Source: an uncultured archaeon
Lineage (GTDB): Archaea; Iainarchaeota; Iainarchaeia; Iainarchaeales; JAAZKV01
Assembly (NCBI GenBank): GCA_964461205.1
Contig: CAYWUL010000002.1
Location: 17,779-81,778, forward strand
Direction of reading: 5' to 3'
Length of the DNA: 64,000 nt
A program made the position numbers and the translations under genes. The notes beneath the pieces are model-generated. The model made no database searches. It saw only the letters and a list, made by a program, of their open reading frames with translations, and was not told where the DNA came from. This document shows, in pieces, positions 28,676 through 39,341 of this stretch. The stretch's first letter is position 1, and the number at the start of each line of letters is the position of its first letter.

Positions 28676-28828
28676 ATGCCAGTTGAATATGGAGAATTTA
28701 AGGGAAACAAAATGATTATTTTAAAGAGGACTGAAGAGGATACTTTTCCATTCCAATTTGGAAAAGGAAAAGCAAGGTTGATTGTTGAAAATATGGATGC
28801 AATTAAAGCATTTGCTGAAGAAGAATAA
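28676..28828 (+). CDS. 50-aa small protein missed by the ORF track
   Basis: Strong GAGGTGG SD; MPVEYGEFKGNKMIILKRTEEDTFPFQFGKGKARLIVENMDAIKAFAEEE*; hairpin downstream. Confidence 0.8.
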   Translation: MPVEYGEFKGNKMIILKRTEEDTFPFQFGKGKARLIVENMDAIKAFAEEE

Positions 28829-28852
28829 ATTAGTTTTTACAAAAAATTTAAA

Positions 28853-28876
28853 TCGCTGGAGATTTTTCTTCAGCGA
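28853..28876. terminator. Stem-loop between convergent genes
   Basis: TCGCTGGAGA-tttt-TCTTCAGCGA, with one G-U pair. Confidence 0.55.
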
Positions 28877-28889
28877 GACACTATTTTTT

Positions 28890-29774
28890 TTATTCGCCCG
28901 CTAGAAAACTCCACCAGGGCTTGTTAATGGAAACAATTTGTCCATTTTGTGCACTTACTCTTGTTTCAATTTGCATTTGAACAGGAAAGACAAACAAAAC
29001 ATTTGCTTGTTTTGTTGCAGTTACATTGTAAGTTGGAATTCCATCTTGTTCTGAAAGAACAACTTTTTCTATCGGAGAATTTGCTCCCACACTATTGCTC
29101 GTTGAGACCATTGCCTGATTCGGCATAATATCAATATTTTGTTCCCCTTTTTTTGTCTGCATTACAAATCTTTCATTCTTTATTTCAACCGGGCTTGTAG
29201 ATGGAACAGAAACTCCATTTATTTCGACAATGTTCGCTATTAATTCAGTGTTTACTATTTGTGTGGCTGACCCATCTGAACTAGAACTTTCTTTTTTCCA
29301 AATAATAATATTTTGTTCTTGTGTGCTATTGTTGGTAGTTATCATTCCTGAATTAGACATTTCATATGTTGCGTTTGTTCCCGAGCTATTATTGCATTCA
29401 TCTGATGTACATGTACATACTACTGAAGCAGGATAAGTTGTTGTTAATGTACATTCAGTTGTTTCTGGGCAGTTATAATATGAACAAGGATTTGCTTTTG
29501 CACATCTTGGGCCAAAACCTGGAAAACTATAACATTCTAATCCTTCTTCACAAGGATTACTTGAATCACAATTTTGATCAGTCATTTGTGGATACATTAA
29601 TGGCATTGAATGTCTTACTTGAATTGTTGAATTTGTTTGTTGCATTACATTTGTTGCTTGTCCCTGATTACTTTGTTGTAGTTGGTTATTTATTTGTTCG
29701 CCAGCTGCAAAAACCATTGTTGATAATAACAAAATACTTAATACTAAAATTATATTTTTGATCAATTGAATCAC
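28890..29774 (-). CDS. Secreted protein with a 10-Cys module and PepSY-like C-terminus ending KPWWSFLA
   Basis: Signal peptide ending VFA; Gln/Asn-rich linker; Cys cluster. Confidence 0.7.
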   Translation of the reverse strand: MIQLIKNIILVLSILLLSTMVFAAGEQINNQLQQSNQGQATNVMQQTNSTIQVRHSMPLMYPQMTDQNCDSSNPCEEGLECYSFPGFGPRCAKANPCSYYNCPETTECTLTTTYPASVVCTCTSDECNNSSGTNATYEMSNSGMITTNNSTQEQNIIIWKKESSSSDGSATQIVNTELIANIVEINGVSVPSTSPVEIKNERFVMQTKKGEQNIDIMPNQAMVSTSNSVGANSPIEKVVLSEQDGIPTYNVTATKQANVLFVFPVQMQIETRVSAQNGQIVSINKPWWSFLAGE

Positions 29775-29876
29775 CTAGTATATTGGGGTAAATTAGTATT
29801 TAACCTTTCTGGAATCATTAGGTGGTTTCCTAAAACACACAGTTAAGTATTTATTTGTAAACGGGCTATTTCTAAC

Positions 29877-31904
29877 ATGCTTGATGGCTTGTTTTATCCA
29901 AAGAGAGTTGCAATTATTGGTGCTTCTAATACGCCCGGAAAAGTGGGTTATTCAATAATAAAAAATCTGGTAGATGCAGATTTTTCTGGAGAAATTTTTC
30001 CTGTTAATTTAAAAGAAAAAGAAGTTCAGGGAATAGAGTGTTTTCCAAGCGTTCTTAAAATAAAAAAAAGTGTTGATTTAGCAATAATAGTTATTCCTGC
30101 ACAATTCGTTCCGTCTGTGATGAATGAGTGTGCAAAAAAAGGAATTAAAAATGTGGTAATAATTACTGCTGGCTTTTCTGAAACAGGAAAAGATGGACAA
30201 AAATTAGAAGAAGAATTAAGAAAAATAGTTGAAGAAAACAAAATGAATGTTGTTGGTCCTAACACATTAGGGATACTTAACACGGAGAATGGTTTGAATG
30301 CTTCTTTTTCTGCAACATTCCCAAACCAGGGAAATATTGCATTGGTTTCTCAGAGTGGGGCATTATGTACTGCAATACTTGATTGGGCGAGACAAGAAAA
30401 AATTGGTTTTAGTAAATTTATTTCAACAGGAAACAAATCTTTTTTAGATGAAGCCAAATATTTTGATTATTTGGAAAATGATTCAAGAACAAAGGCAGTT
30501 TTTGTCTATATGGAATCAGTAAAAGATAAGGATGCTTTTTTGAGAGCAGCGTATTCTCTTGCAAAAAAGAAACCAGTTGTTTTGTTAAAGTCAGGTAGGT
30601 CTCCAGAAGGACAAAAAGCAGCTTCTTCTCACACAGGAGCATTGAGTGTTGATGATAATATTTTTTCTATTGCTTGTAAGAAAGCAAATGTTTTGAGAAT
30701 AAATTCAATAGAAGCGTTTTTTGATATGGCAAAATTGTTATCGAGAATAAAAAATCTTAAAGGTTTTAATTTAGCTGTTGTAACAAATGCTGGTGGCCCA
30801 GGAGTAATTGCAGCAGACTCTGCTTCAAACCATTCTTTTCCTCTACCAACTTTTAGCAAGAAAACATTGGATATTGTTCAAAAAATTAATCCTCATGCTT
30901 CTAATCCATTAGACCTTATTGGAGATGCTGTTCCAATCGATTATAGAAACGCTTTGTCAGTTTTGCAAAATGACCCAAAAATTGATTTGGTTTACACTCT
31001 ACTTACTCCTCAAAGTATGACTGATCCAGACAGGGTTGCCGATATTATTGTTGAATTAAATAAGAATGTTCCAATTCTTTGTTCTTTTTTAGGCGGAATT
31101 GGGGTTAGTCATGCGCGTAGATATTTAAGAGAGCACGGGGTAGTAGAATTTAGTACTCCTGAAAGAGGAATAAAGGCTTTGTCAAGAATGAAAGAGTATA
31201 TGGAAAGAAAGAGTGTAATTGAAAAGTTTGATTTGGAAACAAAATCTATAAAAGAGACAACCGAAATGATAACAAAATCAAATATTGTTTCAATGCAACA
31301 AGCATTTTCTGTTTTAAAAGAGTTTAATATACAAATGTGTAAGACAGAGTTTGTTTCTAATGAAAAAGAATTTGACACAATTATTGAAAAGTTTGTTTTT
31401 CCAATAGCAATGAAAGCTTCTAGCGGAATTCCTCACAAAACCGATCTTGGTTTAGTAAGATGGAACATTGACAAGGAAAATGCTAAAAAAGAGTTTTTAA
31501 AAATGCAAGAAGTATTATCAAAAATGAAGAAGCCATTACAAATTGCTGTACAAGAAATGGTTGTTGGGGAAGAAGTAATTGTTTCTAGTATTACAAATGA
31601 TTTTGGAAAAATAATTACCTTTGGTTTGGGGGGGATATTTGTTGAAATAATGAAGGATATTTCACAAAAAATTGCTCCAATAAATGATGCTGATATTGAA
31701 GATATGTTTAACGAAGTGAGGGGGTTTGCTGTTTTGAAAGGAGCACGGACGAAGAAGAAATACAATGTTGATTCTTTGAAAAAAATAATTAAATCTGTTG
31801 CGATACTGGCTCAAACATATCCTGAGTTAAAAGAGATAGAGATGAATCCAATTATTGTGAATGAAAATGGCGCTTATGCTATTGATGCAATAATGATAAA
31901 ATAA
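29877..31904 (+). CDS. Acetate--CoA ligase (ADP-forming), alpha-beta fusion
   Basis: IIGAS..PGKVG, GPNTLG, SQSGA, ASSHTGAL, TNAGGPG, NPLD, ATP-grasp HKTD, EMNP. Confidence 0.93.
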   Translation: MLDGLFYPKRVAIIGASNTPGKVGYSIIKNLVDADFSGEIFPVNLKEKEVQGIECFPSVLKIKKSVDLAIIVIPAQFVPSVMNECAKKGIKNVVIITAGFSETGKDGQKLEEELRKIVEENKMNVVGPNTLGILNTENGLNASFSATFPNQGNIALVSQSGALCTAILDWARQEKIGFSKFISTGNKSFLDEAKYFDYLENDSRTKAVFVYMESVKDKDAFLRAAYSLAKKKPVVLLKSGRSPEGQKAASSHTGALSVDDNIFSIACKKANVLRINSIEAFFDMAKLLSRIKNLKGFNLAVVTNAGGPGVIAADSASNHSFPLPTFSKKTLDIVQKINPHASNPLDLIGDAVPIDYRNALSVLQNDPKIDLVYTLLTPQSMTDPDRVADIIVELNKNVPILCSFLGGIGVSHARRYLREHGVVEFSTPERGIKALSRMKEYMERKSVIEKFDLETKSIKETTEMITKSNIVSMQQAFSVLKEFNIQMCKTEFVSNEKEFDTIIEKFVFPIAMKASSGIPHKTDLGLVRWNIDKENAKKEFLKMQEVLSKMKKPLQIAVQEMVVGEEVIVSSITNDFGKIITFGLGGIFVEIMKDISQKIAPINDADIEDMFNEVRGFAVLKGARTKKKYNVDSLKKIIKSVAILAQTYPELKEIEMNPIIVNENGAYAIDAIMIK

Positions 31905-32666
31905 TTATTCTAATCTTCTAATTTGTAAAGCGTTATATAGACCGTCAGGGGCAGGAAGCCATTTAACGTGGCATCTTATTCCATTAATTACTGCTTCTCT
32001 TTCTCCAGGAACAAACAAACCATTTTGTATTGCGGGGCTATAATTTTTTACATTTTCAGTTAAAAAGTTTCTTAGTTCTTTATTTTCTAAGTGGGTTACT
32101 AAAAAGCCAGCGGGCGCTATTTTTTTTATCATATTCTTAATATAAATTTCGGCTCCTGTTAAATGCATAATCCCATAATGTGAATAAAGAATATTTATTG
32201 AGTTGTCTTTGAAATAACGAAAGAAAGAACTTGATTCTCCATGAATAAATTCGACTGATTCTTTTTGTATCCATTCTTTCTTCATTATGTCTCCAAATCC
32301 AATTACTCTTGCTTCGTCACCAAGCGTTTTTCCTAATTGTTCTGTTGCTATTTCTTTTCCACAACCCCAATCAACAATCAGTGGCTTTCTTCCTTGTTTT
32401 TTTTCTAACAAAACCATTAAGCGGGCAGTTTTTGTTATTGGAAAACGCAGCCCTTGTTCTGCTCCAAATAAACTAATTTCTTCACTGGTCCATTTTGCAG
32501 AACTTGGAACATATTTTCTAAAACGAATATATTTCCCTTTAATTTTTTTCCAGACTAATTCTATTCTGCTATTGTCTAAGTCATTAACCGAAAAGTCTTT
32601 TTTTCCTTTTTGTTTTTCTTCTGCTAGTCTTACTCCAACAGATCTTCCTTTTTTATATATTGGCAT
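31905..32666 (-). CDS. Class I SAM-dependent methyltransferase-like protein with basic N-terminal extension
   Basis: Motif I VDWGCG, FKDNSINILYSHYG, IAPAG. Confidence 0.65.
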   Translation of the reverse strand: MPIYKKGRSVGVRLAEEKQKGKKDFSVNDLDNSRIELVWKKIKGKYIRFRKYVPSSAKWTSEEISLFGAEQGLRFPITKTARLMVLLEKKQGRKPLIVDWGCGKEIATEQLGKTLGDEARVIGFGDIMKKEWIQKESVEFIHGESSSFFRYFKDNSINILYSHYGIMHLTGAEIYIKNMIKKIAPAGFLVTHLENKELRNFLTENVKNYSPAIQNGLFVPGEREAVINGIRCHVKWLPAPDGLYNALQIRRLE

Positions 32667-32743
32667 AATTAACAATGGTCCTCCAAATTTAAATTTGTTT
32701 GTAATTTGTAATAATTATAAGGTTTAGTTTGCACAATAATAAT

Positions 32744-33706
32744 ATGCAAAAAATAGGAAAATTAAATATTGGAAAAGGGGCATTTCTTGCACCCATGGCG
32801 GATTACACAAATATTGCTTTTCGTACATTGTGTAAAGAATATGGTTCTTCTTTACAGTACACCGAATTAATTTCTGTAAAGTCAATTATTTTTAAAAACA
32901 AAAAAACTTTGAAGATGTTGGAAGTTTCAGAAAAAGAAAAACCAGTGTTTCTTCAATTATTTGGTAATGATCCAAAAGACTTCGAAAAAGCAATATGGGT
33001 TGTTGAAAAAAATTTTCCAAAGAGATTTGTGGGTTATGATCTTAATTGTGGTTGCAGTGTTCCAAAAGCATTGAAAGGGAAATATGGTTGTTATTTAATG
33101 GATTATCCAGAATTAGTTGGAAATATTATTGTCTCAATGAAGAAAGCAGTTTCTAAAAGCAAGAAACCAATTACTTTGAAAATGCGTCTAGGTTTAGAAA
33201 AAGAAACTTTTTTAGATGTTGCAAGAGAAGCTGAAAAAAATGGTGCTGACGCAATTTGTTTACATGCGCGTTTAGGTAAAGATGGGTATGGTGGAAAAGT
33301 AAATTGGGGTGCAATAAAGAAATTAAAAAAAGAAATAAAAGTTCCATTAATTGGAAACGGTGTTGTTAATTCTGTAAAAGATTATGAAAAAATGAAGGAA
33401 GAAACTGGTTGTGATTTTGTAATGGTTGGGCGGGGAAGTATTGGGAATGCTTTTTTGTTCAAACAGATAAAACAATTTGAAGAAGGAAAAAAAGTTAGCG
33501 AAAGAAATAAGAAAGAAATTTTGAAAGAAGGAAAAAAATACTTAGAATTAGCAAAAGAATTTTCTCTTGAAGTAAATGATGTTAGGGGGTATTTTATTGG
33601 TTTAGCAAATGGTTTTGTTGGTGCAAAAAAACTAAGAAACAAATTTGCTTTGTCAAAAACAATTAAAGAAACTGAAGAAAAATTTGTTAATTTTTTTAAA
33701 AGCTGA
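32744..33706 (+). CDS. tRNA-dihydrouridine synthase (DusB/NifR3-like)
   Basis: LAPMA, QLFG, DLNCGC, KMRLG, HAR, IGNG, VMVGRG. Confidence 0.92.
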   Translation: MQKIGKLNIGKGAFLAPMADYTNIAFRTLCKEYGSSLQYTELISVKSIIFKNKKTLKMLEVSEKEKPVFLQLFGNDPKDFEKAIWVVEKNFPKRFVGYDLNCGCSVPKALKGKYGCYLMDYPELVGNIIVSMKKAVSKSKKPITLKMRLGLEKETFLDVAREAEKNGADAICLHARLGKDGYGGKVNWGAIKKLKKEIKVPLIGNGVVNSVKDYEKMKEETGCDFVMVGRGSIGNAFLFKQIKQFEEGKKVSERNKKEILKEGKKYLELAKEFSLEVNDVRGYFIGLANGFVGAKKLRNKFALSKTIKETEEKFVNFFKS

Positions 33707-34202
33707 ACACTACCATTTGGATGGGTTTACCCATTTCCATAAGTTGTCTTTGAACGTCTGTTGAAGGAACTTTCAAAGTTCGTTTAGCTCTAACTTGCAT
33801 TCCATTTTTCTTTGCTAAAAATTCTACAAGATCAATTAAATCTGGGTGCTCGCTTGTTATAACAATCTTCCCTTTTTTTGTTAAAACATTTTTTGCTTCT
33901 TTGAATAAGATATCTATTCGCAATTTTTTTTGTATGATGTCATCAGGGGTTGGCGTGTTTAAAACAAGCCTTTCCGAATGAATTTTTCTTCGCTTCATTT
34001 CTTTTATAAAAGAGCGCATGGTTCTTGTGCTTTTTGGAATTGTTAATGGAACTTTTGCTTGTCTATAAATTGGGTCAACTGCAATATAATGCCTGTTATA
34101 ATCACGCATTGCTTTTCTTTCAAGTGTTGTGGCACTGCCTGCTCCAAATTCAACCATCCTAAATTTGTTTGGTTGTGTTTTTGTTGTACTTTTTCTTTGC
34201 AT
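33696..34202 (-). CDS. Degenerate class I methyltransferase-like protein with basic N-terminus
   Basis: VEFGAG, YIAVD, VLTKKGKIVITSE (TrmB-like layout). Confidence 0.55.
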   Translation of the reverse strand: MQRKSTTKTQPNKFRMVEFGAGSATTLERKAMRDYNRHYIAVDPIYRQAKVPLTIPKSTRTMRSFIKEMKRRKIHSERLVLNTPTPDDIIQKKLRIDILFKEAKNVLTKKGKIVITSEHPDLIDLVEFLAKKNGMQVRAKRTLKVPSTDVQRQLMEMGKPIQMVVFSF

Positions 34203-34259
34203 AAATATATTTTTGTCACTTTGTCTTTAAATTAGTTCTTTTTATTTTGGTTTTTTTTT

Positions 34260-34739
34260 TTATTTCATTTTGATAACATCATCTATTTTTTCATCGATTT
34301 CTTTTCCTATTCTTTTCATTCGAGAAAAAATATGTATTGCATCATCTTCTATTTCTGTAATAATTCCTTCGAGTGTTTTATGTCTTGTGTAATAGTATTT
34401 CCCACTTTTTTCAATAAGTCCTGCGTTTTTCAAATTATTTAAATGGTTTATTACGCTTCCTCTTGACATGCCAATTCTTTCGGCTATTGAGGTGCTTGTT
34501 AGAACGATTCCTTGTCTTCCTGCTAAATAGAGTTCTTTGAATATAATTGCTGCGGTTTTTCCTTTGTCAATAGTTTCGAAAAACCCTAGGCACGAGCAAA
34601 TCCAAGCGAATTTTTCATCAAAATTATCGTTTTCTGGCAATGAAACCCCCCTAATTGTTATTTTTGGCTTATTTCTTCTAGGATTTACCTGTTGAAGGGG
34701 CCTTTTTACCACTGGGAGATTCATATTCTTTTTGTTCAT
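34260..34739 (-). CDS. Winged-helix transcriptional regulator divergent from grpE-dnaK
   Basis: LTSTSIAERIGMSRGSVINHLNNLKNAGLIEK followed by a wing. Confidence 0.85.
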   Translation of the reverse strand: MNKKNMNLPVVKRPLQQVNPRRNKPKITIRGVSLPENDNFDEKFAWICSCLGFFETIDKGKTAAIIFKELYLAGRQGIVLTSTSIAERIGMSRGSVINHLNNLKNAGLIEKSGKYYYTRHKTLEGIITEIEDDAIHIFSRMKRIGKEIDEKIDDVIKMK

Positions 34740-34772
34740 AGTATTATCTTATTTAAAACAATTTTTAAGCTT

Positions 34773-34811
34773 TGTCCAAACAGAGTTGAACATGTCTAAA
34801 CAGTTTAGACA
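34773..34811. promoter_or_regulatory. Two abutting palindromic operator candidates
   Basis: TGTCCAA-N6-TTGAACA (34773-34792) and perfect TGTCTAAAC-A-GTTTAGACA (34793-34811). Confidence 0.7.
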
Positions 34812-34854
34812 AAAGTGGGGCAAATTTAAAAAAAGATAGGTTGCTCTTAATATT

Positions 34855-35367
34855 ATGTCTAAGAAAGAAAAAAAGAAAGAATATAATTGTAAGGATGAAT
34901 GCGCTTGTGATTTTGAAAAAACAAAAAAAAGTGAAAACCAAGAAATGGAAGAAAATACAAAACTAGATGAGTTAACAAATGACCTAAAAAGAGTTCAAGC
35001 AGAATTTGAGAATTATCAAAAACGAGTAGAGAAAGAATTTATTGTAAGAGATGAAAGAACAAGAGCAAATCTATTGTGTCAAAATCTCGTGGTTTTAGAT
35101 GCTCTGAATGAAGGAATAAAACATGAAGAAAAAAATGAAGGATTAAAAAAAGTAAGAGAAGTTTTTGTAAAATTCTTGCATGACAATGGAGTACAAAAAA
35201 TGACTAAGAAAGAAGGAGATCTGTTTGACCATGATGAAATGGAATGCATTGTACAAGGAAAAGATGAAAAGAAAAAAGATGGGGAAGTCTTAGAAGTAAT
35301 ACAAAAAGGATATTTTATCAATGATAAAGTTTTGCGTTTTGCAAAAGTAAGAGTAAATAAATTATAG
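34855..35367 (+). CDS. grpE: Nucleotide exchange factor GrpE
   Basis: RVQAEFENYQKR, IQKGY.INDKVLRFAKV. Confidence 0.95.
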   Translation: MSKKEKKKEYNCKDECACDFEKTKKSENQEMEENTKLDELTNDLKRVQAEFENYQKRVEKEFIVRDERTRANLLCQNLVVLDALNEGIKHEEKNEGLKKVREVFVKFLHDNGVQKMTKKEGDLFDHDEMECIVQGKDEKKKDGEVLEVIQKGYFINDKVLRFAKVRVNKL

Positions 35368-35378
35368 GAGTGATTTAA

Positions 35379-37262
35379 ATGGGTAAAATAATTGGAATTG
35401 ATTTGGGAACAAGTAATAGTGCAGCGGCAGTGCTCGAAGGTGGAAAACCAAGAATAATTCCTTCAGCGGAAGGAAACACAGTTTATGGAAAAGCATTTCC
35501 AAGCGTAGTTGCATTTACAAAAGAAGGAAAAATGTTGGTTGGAGAACCAGCAAGAAGACAAGCAGTTAGTAATCCAGAAAACACAATAACAAAAGCAAAA
35601 AGAAAAATTGGAACAAACCACAAATACAAAATCAATGACAAAGAATTTACTCCCCAACAAATCTCTGCATTTATTTTACAAAAAATAAAAAAAGATGCTG
35701 AAGCATTCTTAGGTGACAAAGTAGAAAAAGCAGTTATTACTGTGCCGGCATATTTTGATGACAACCAAAGGCAAGCAACAAAGGACGCAGGAAAAATAGC
35801 TGGTTTAGAAGTAGAAAGAATTGTTAATGAACCAACCGCGGCAGCACTGGCATATGGTCTAGACAAAAAAGGAGACTCAAAAATATTAGTATTTGATTTT
35901 GGCGGAGGAACACTCGATGTTACAATAATGGAATTAGGGGAAGGAGTGTTTGAAGTTAAATCCACAAGCGGAGACACCGAATTAGGTGGAACAGATATGG
36001 ATGAAGCCATAGTAAATTATATTACAAATACTTTCAAAGAAAAAGAAGGTGTTGATATAACAAAGGATTCAATGGCAATACAACGTGTAATTGAAGCAGC
36101 AGAAAAAGCAAAAATAGAATTATCGACAACACTTGAAACTGATATCAACTTGCCATATGTTACTGCAGACTCAACAGGACCAAAACACTTAACAATGAAA
36201 ATAAATAGAGCAAAATTAGAAGAACTTGTAAGGCCGCTTGTAGATAGGTGTGAAAAACCAGTTAGCCAAGCATTAGCAGATGCAAAATTAACTGCTTCAG
36301 ATTTATCAAAAGTAATTCTTGTCGGAGGACCAACAAGAATGCCAATTGTACAAGAATTCGTAAAAAAAGTAACAGGAATAGAACCAGAAAGAGGAATCGA
36401 TCCAATGGAATGTGTTGCGATGGGGGCAGCAGTTCAAGGAGGAGTTCTAAGTGGAGAAGTAAAGGATGTTCTATTACTTGATGTTACTCCATTAAGTTTA
36501 GGAATAGAAACTCTTGGAGGAGTATCAACAAAACTTATAGAAAGAAATACCACAATACCTGCAAAAAAATCACAAATATTTTCAACAGCAGCAGATAACC
36601 AAACCACTGTCGATATACATGTATTACAAGGTGAAAGACCTCTTTCAAAAGACAATAAAACACTTGGAAGATTCCAATTAACAGGTATACTTCCTGCACA
36701 AAGGGGGGTTCCACAAATCGAAGTAACATTTGATATTGATGCAAACGGGATAGTAAATGTTTCTGCAAAAGATAACGGGACAGGAAAAGAACAATCAATC
36801 AAAATCGTTGCTTCAGAAAAACTGAATGATGAAGAAATAGAAAGAATGAAGAAAGAAGCAGAAGAACATGCAAAAGAAGATGAAAAAATAAAGAGTGAAA
36901 TAGAAACAGTTAACCAGGCAGATGCAACAATTTATTCAACAGAAAAAATGTTAGAAGAACTAAAAGACAAACTTGATGAAGACAAAAAGAAACAAGTCCA
37001 AGAAAAACTAGATGCATTAAAAGAAGAAATGAAAAAAGAAACAAAAGAAGTTGATAAGTTAAAAACAAAAATGGATGAGTTGAACACTCTTTTACAAAAA
37101 ATTGGAACCGAAGTTTATCAACAAGCACAGGCTGAAAGCCAAAAACAACAATCTCAAACCGGAGAACAAACAAAAGAAGAAGGAAAAGATGAAAAAAAAG
37201 GAGATGAGAAAGTTGTTGATGCAGAGTTTGAAGAAAAAGACGAAGATAAAGACAAAAAATAA
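35379..37262 (+). CDS. dnaK: Chaperone DnaK (Hsp70)
   Basis: [31 protein letters not shown]. Confidence 0.98.
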   Translation: MGKIIGIDLGTSNSAAAVLEGGKPRIIPSAEGNTVYGKAFPSVVAFTKEGKMLVGEPARRQAVSNPENTITKAKRKIGTNHKYKINDKEFTPQQISAFILQKIKKDAEAFLGDKVEKAVITVPAYFDDNQRQATKDAGKIAGLEVERIVNEPTAAALAYGLDKKGDSKILVFDFGGGTLDVTIMELGEGVFEVKSTSGDTELGGTDMDEAIVNYITNTFKEKEGVDITKDSMAIQRVIEAAEKAKIELSTTLETDINLPYVTADSTGPKHLTMKINRAKLEELVRPLVDRCEKPVSQALADAKLTASDLSKVILVGGPTRMPIVQEFVKKVTGIEPERGIDPMECVAMGAAVQGGVLSGEVKDVLLLDVTPLSLGIETLGGVSTKLIERNTTIPAKKSQIFSTAADNQTTVDIHVLQGERPLSKDNKTLGRFQLTGILPAQRGVPQIEVTFDIDANGIVNVSAKDNGTGKEQSIKIVASEKLNDEEIERMKKEAEEHAKEDEKIKSEIETVNQADATIYSTEKMLEELKDKLDEDKKKQVQEKLDALKEEMKKETKEVDKLKTKMDELNTLLQKIGTEVYQQAQAESQKQQSQTGEQTKEEGKDEKKGDEKVVDAEFEEKDEDKDKK

Positions 37263-37297
37263 TGATGCTGATCAACCTCGAGCAAAAGTTATTGAAA

Positions 37298-37327
37298 AAA
37301 AGGTTTGGCTTGCGAGCTGAACCTTTT
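37298..37327. terminator. 13-bp stem-loop after dnaK
   Basis: AAAAGGTTTGGCT-tgcg-AGCTGAACCTTTT, with two G-U pairs. Confidence 0.6.
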
Positions 37328-37352
37328 ATACTTATTTGACTTAATGATTACT

Positions 37353-37580
37353 ATGCGAGCAAATACTTGGATTCAAGGATTAAGACGAAAGATTCGTGCT
37401 GGAAATCTAAAACATTCGCGTCTTGAAGAAAGACGTTCTAAGGGCGTAGCATTAATAGAACTAAATATTGACAAAGCAATTGCAGCTAATGTTAGATCTA
37501 ATAAAATTAGAGCGCAATTAATAAAAGAAAGAAAAAAGATTAGAGAAAGACAACGAAGAATGAGAGAAGAACAGAAATAA
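37353..37580 (+). CDS. Small Arg-rich orphan protein between dnaK and dnaJ
   Basis: N-terminus [17 protein letters not shown]; co-oriented and fills the gap. Start uncertain. Confidence 0.55.
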   Translation: MRANTWIQGLRRKIRAGNLKHSRLEERRSKGVALIELNIDKAIAANVRSNKIRAQLIKERKKIRERQRRMREEQK

Positions 37581-37600
37581 ATTTTTTAAAAGTGAATAAA

Positions 37601-38725
37601 ATGACTAATTATTATGCCGTTTTGGGTTTGAAGAAAGGAGCTTCTGTAGAAGAAATAAAAAAAGCATACAAAGTAATGGCAAAAAAATATCATCCTGATG
37701 TTTCAAAAGAACCAGAAGCAGAAAAAAAATTCAAAGAAGTATCTGACGCGTATTCTGTTTTGTCAGATCCAGAAAAAAAACAAAACTATGATAATTATGG
37801 AGATGCATACAAAAACTTCCAAGGTTATTCTGGTTACCAAGGCCAAGGATTTGGAACAGGAATGGATTTTGATTTTGAAGATATATTCAATCAATTTACT
37901 GGAATGAATTTTGATTTGGGGGATTTATTTGGAAGAAGACAAAGAAGAGAAACAAAGGATTATGGTCAAAATGTGAAAGTAAATTTGACATTGACATTTG
38001 AAGAAGCTGTTTTTGGAACAGAAAAAGAAATTTCTTATGATATAATCGGAAAATGTTCTAGTTGTAAAGGTACTGGTGCAGAAGAAGGGAAACAAAAAAC
38101 ATGTGATAGTTGTTCTGGAAGAGGGGTAGAAATAAGACAACAAAGGACTCCTTTTGGAATATTCCAAACACAAACTACTTGTAGAAAATGTAGAGGAAAA
38201 GGAAGGATCGCAGAAAGCATTTGTAAAGAATGTAATGGGAATGCGTTCATAACAAAAAAACACAAATTAAAAATAAAAATTCCTGAAGGAATAAATACTG
38301 GAAATCATTTAAGGTTACAAGAAAAAGGACATGAAGGTCAACATGGTTCTGGAGATTTATATGTTGTAATATTTGTTGAAAAACACGAAATATTTAAAAG
38401 AGACGAATCAGATGTGTATGCAGAAATACCAATTTCTTTTACAGAGTCTTCTCTTGGAGCAACAATTGAAGTTCCAACTCTAAAAGGAAGAGCTGACCTA
38501 AAAGTTCCAGCAGGAACACAGACAGGAACAATATTTAGATTAAGTGGAAAGGGGATAAAAAAAATAGATAGTTCTGGCCACGGTGATGAATACATAAAGG
38601 TTATTGTAGAAACACCCAAAAAATTGAATAAGAAAGAAAAAGAATTATTACAAAAGCTAGAAAAAGAAAGCGAGTTATCAAAAAAGAGAAAGAATTTTTT
38701 TAAGAAAATACTTGGAAAGTTTTAA
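37601..38725 (+). CDS. dnaJ: Chaperone DnaJ
   Basis: HPD motif, G/F region, four CxxCxGxG-type repeats. Confidence 0.97.
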   Translation: MTNYYAVLGLKKGASVEEIKKAYKVMAKKYHPDVSKEPEAEKKFKEVSDAYSVLSDPEKKQNYDNYGDAYKNFQGYSGYQGQGFGTGMDFDFEDIFNQFTGMNFDLGDLFGRRQRRETKDYGQNVKVNLTLTFEEAVFGTEKEISYDIIGKCSSCKGTGAEEGKQKTCDSCSGRGVEIRQQRTPFGIFQTQTTCRKCRGKGRIAESICKECNGNAFITKKHKLKIKIPEGINTGNHLRLQEKGHEGQHGSGDLYVVIFVEKHEIFKRDESDVYAEIPISFTESSLGATIEVPTLKGRADLKVPAGTQTGTIFRLSGKGIKKIDSSGHGDEYIKVIVETPKKLNKKEKELLQKLEKESELSKKRKNFFKKILGKF

Positions 38726-38793
38726 CTTTTTTGATAGAACAATTGGCATACAAAACAATTTAATACAAGTAATTGCTTCTTATTTAAGATAAA

Positions 38794-39294
38794 ATGAAAC
38801 AAATAATACTCTTAGTGATATTCATAGCTTCTTTGTTTGTGTTATTTGGTTGTACGGCAGAAAGCCCAACTACTACAAATGATTTAATAAAATTAAAACA
38901 ACAATACTCTGTGGAAGAAGCGTTTTCTCCAAACTTAGATATAATGAATTCCTATATTAGTGAGTTAGCATTGCTTCGCTCAAAGAGTAATTTTCCTTTA
39001 TCAAGTGTAATAGATGCTGAAATGAATTCGGCACAATCCTTTTATTATTTTACAAAAGCGCTTGATGAATCGAGTGCAATGCAATATACTGGGAGCATTT
39101 GTAATTCTTTAGAATACAAAAATGTTCTTGATTATTTAGACTTGGCAATTAGTTACGCAAACAAAGCATCTTCTGCATTAACCGTTGTTAGTCCAACAGA
39201 AGCATATTTGTTAAGAGAAAACCAAGCCGAAATAGTTTCTAGTTATAATAGTTTTTCGAAAGAAATGAAAGATTCCTTACTCGATTTATGCTAG
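38794..39294 (+). CDS. Putative lipoprotein, helical
   Basis: Signal peptide with lipobox-like LFGC. Confidence 0.65.
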   Translation: MKQIILLVIFIASLFVLFGCTAESPTTTNDLIKLKQQYSVEEAFSPNLDIMNSYISELALLRSKSNFPLSSVIDAEMNSAQSFYYFTKALDESSAMQYTGSICNSLEYKNVLDYLDLAISYANKASSALTVVSPTEAYLLRENQAEIVSSYNSFSKEMKDSLLDLC

Positions 39295-39341
39295 TCGTTA
39301 ATTTAGATAAATTAATATTGCTTTCATATCTAGTTGTCTTT

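Noticed and set aside
37102..37320. Alternative-frame ORF overlapping the dnaK end (programmed frameshift?)
   Set aside because: DnaK ends normally after VVDAEFEE, and A-rich sequence readily gives open alternative frames.
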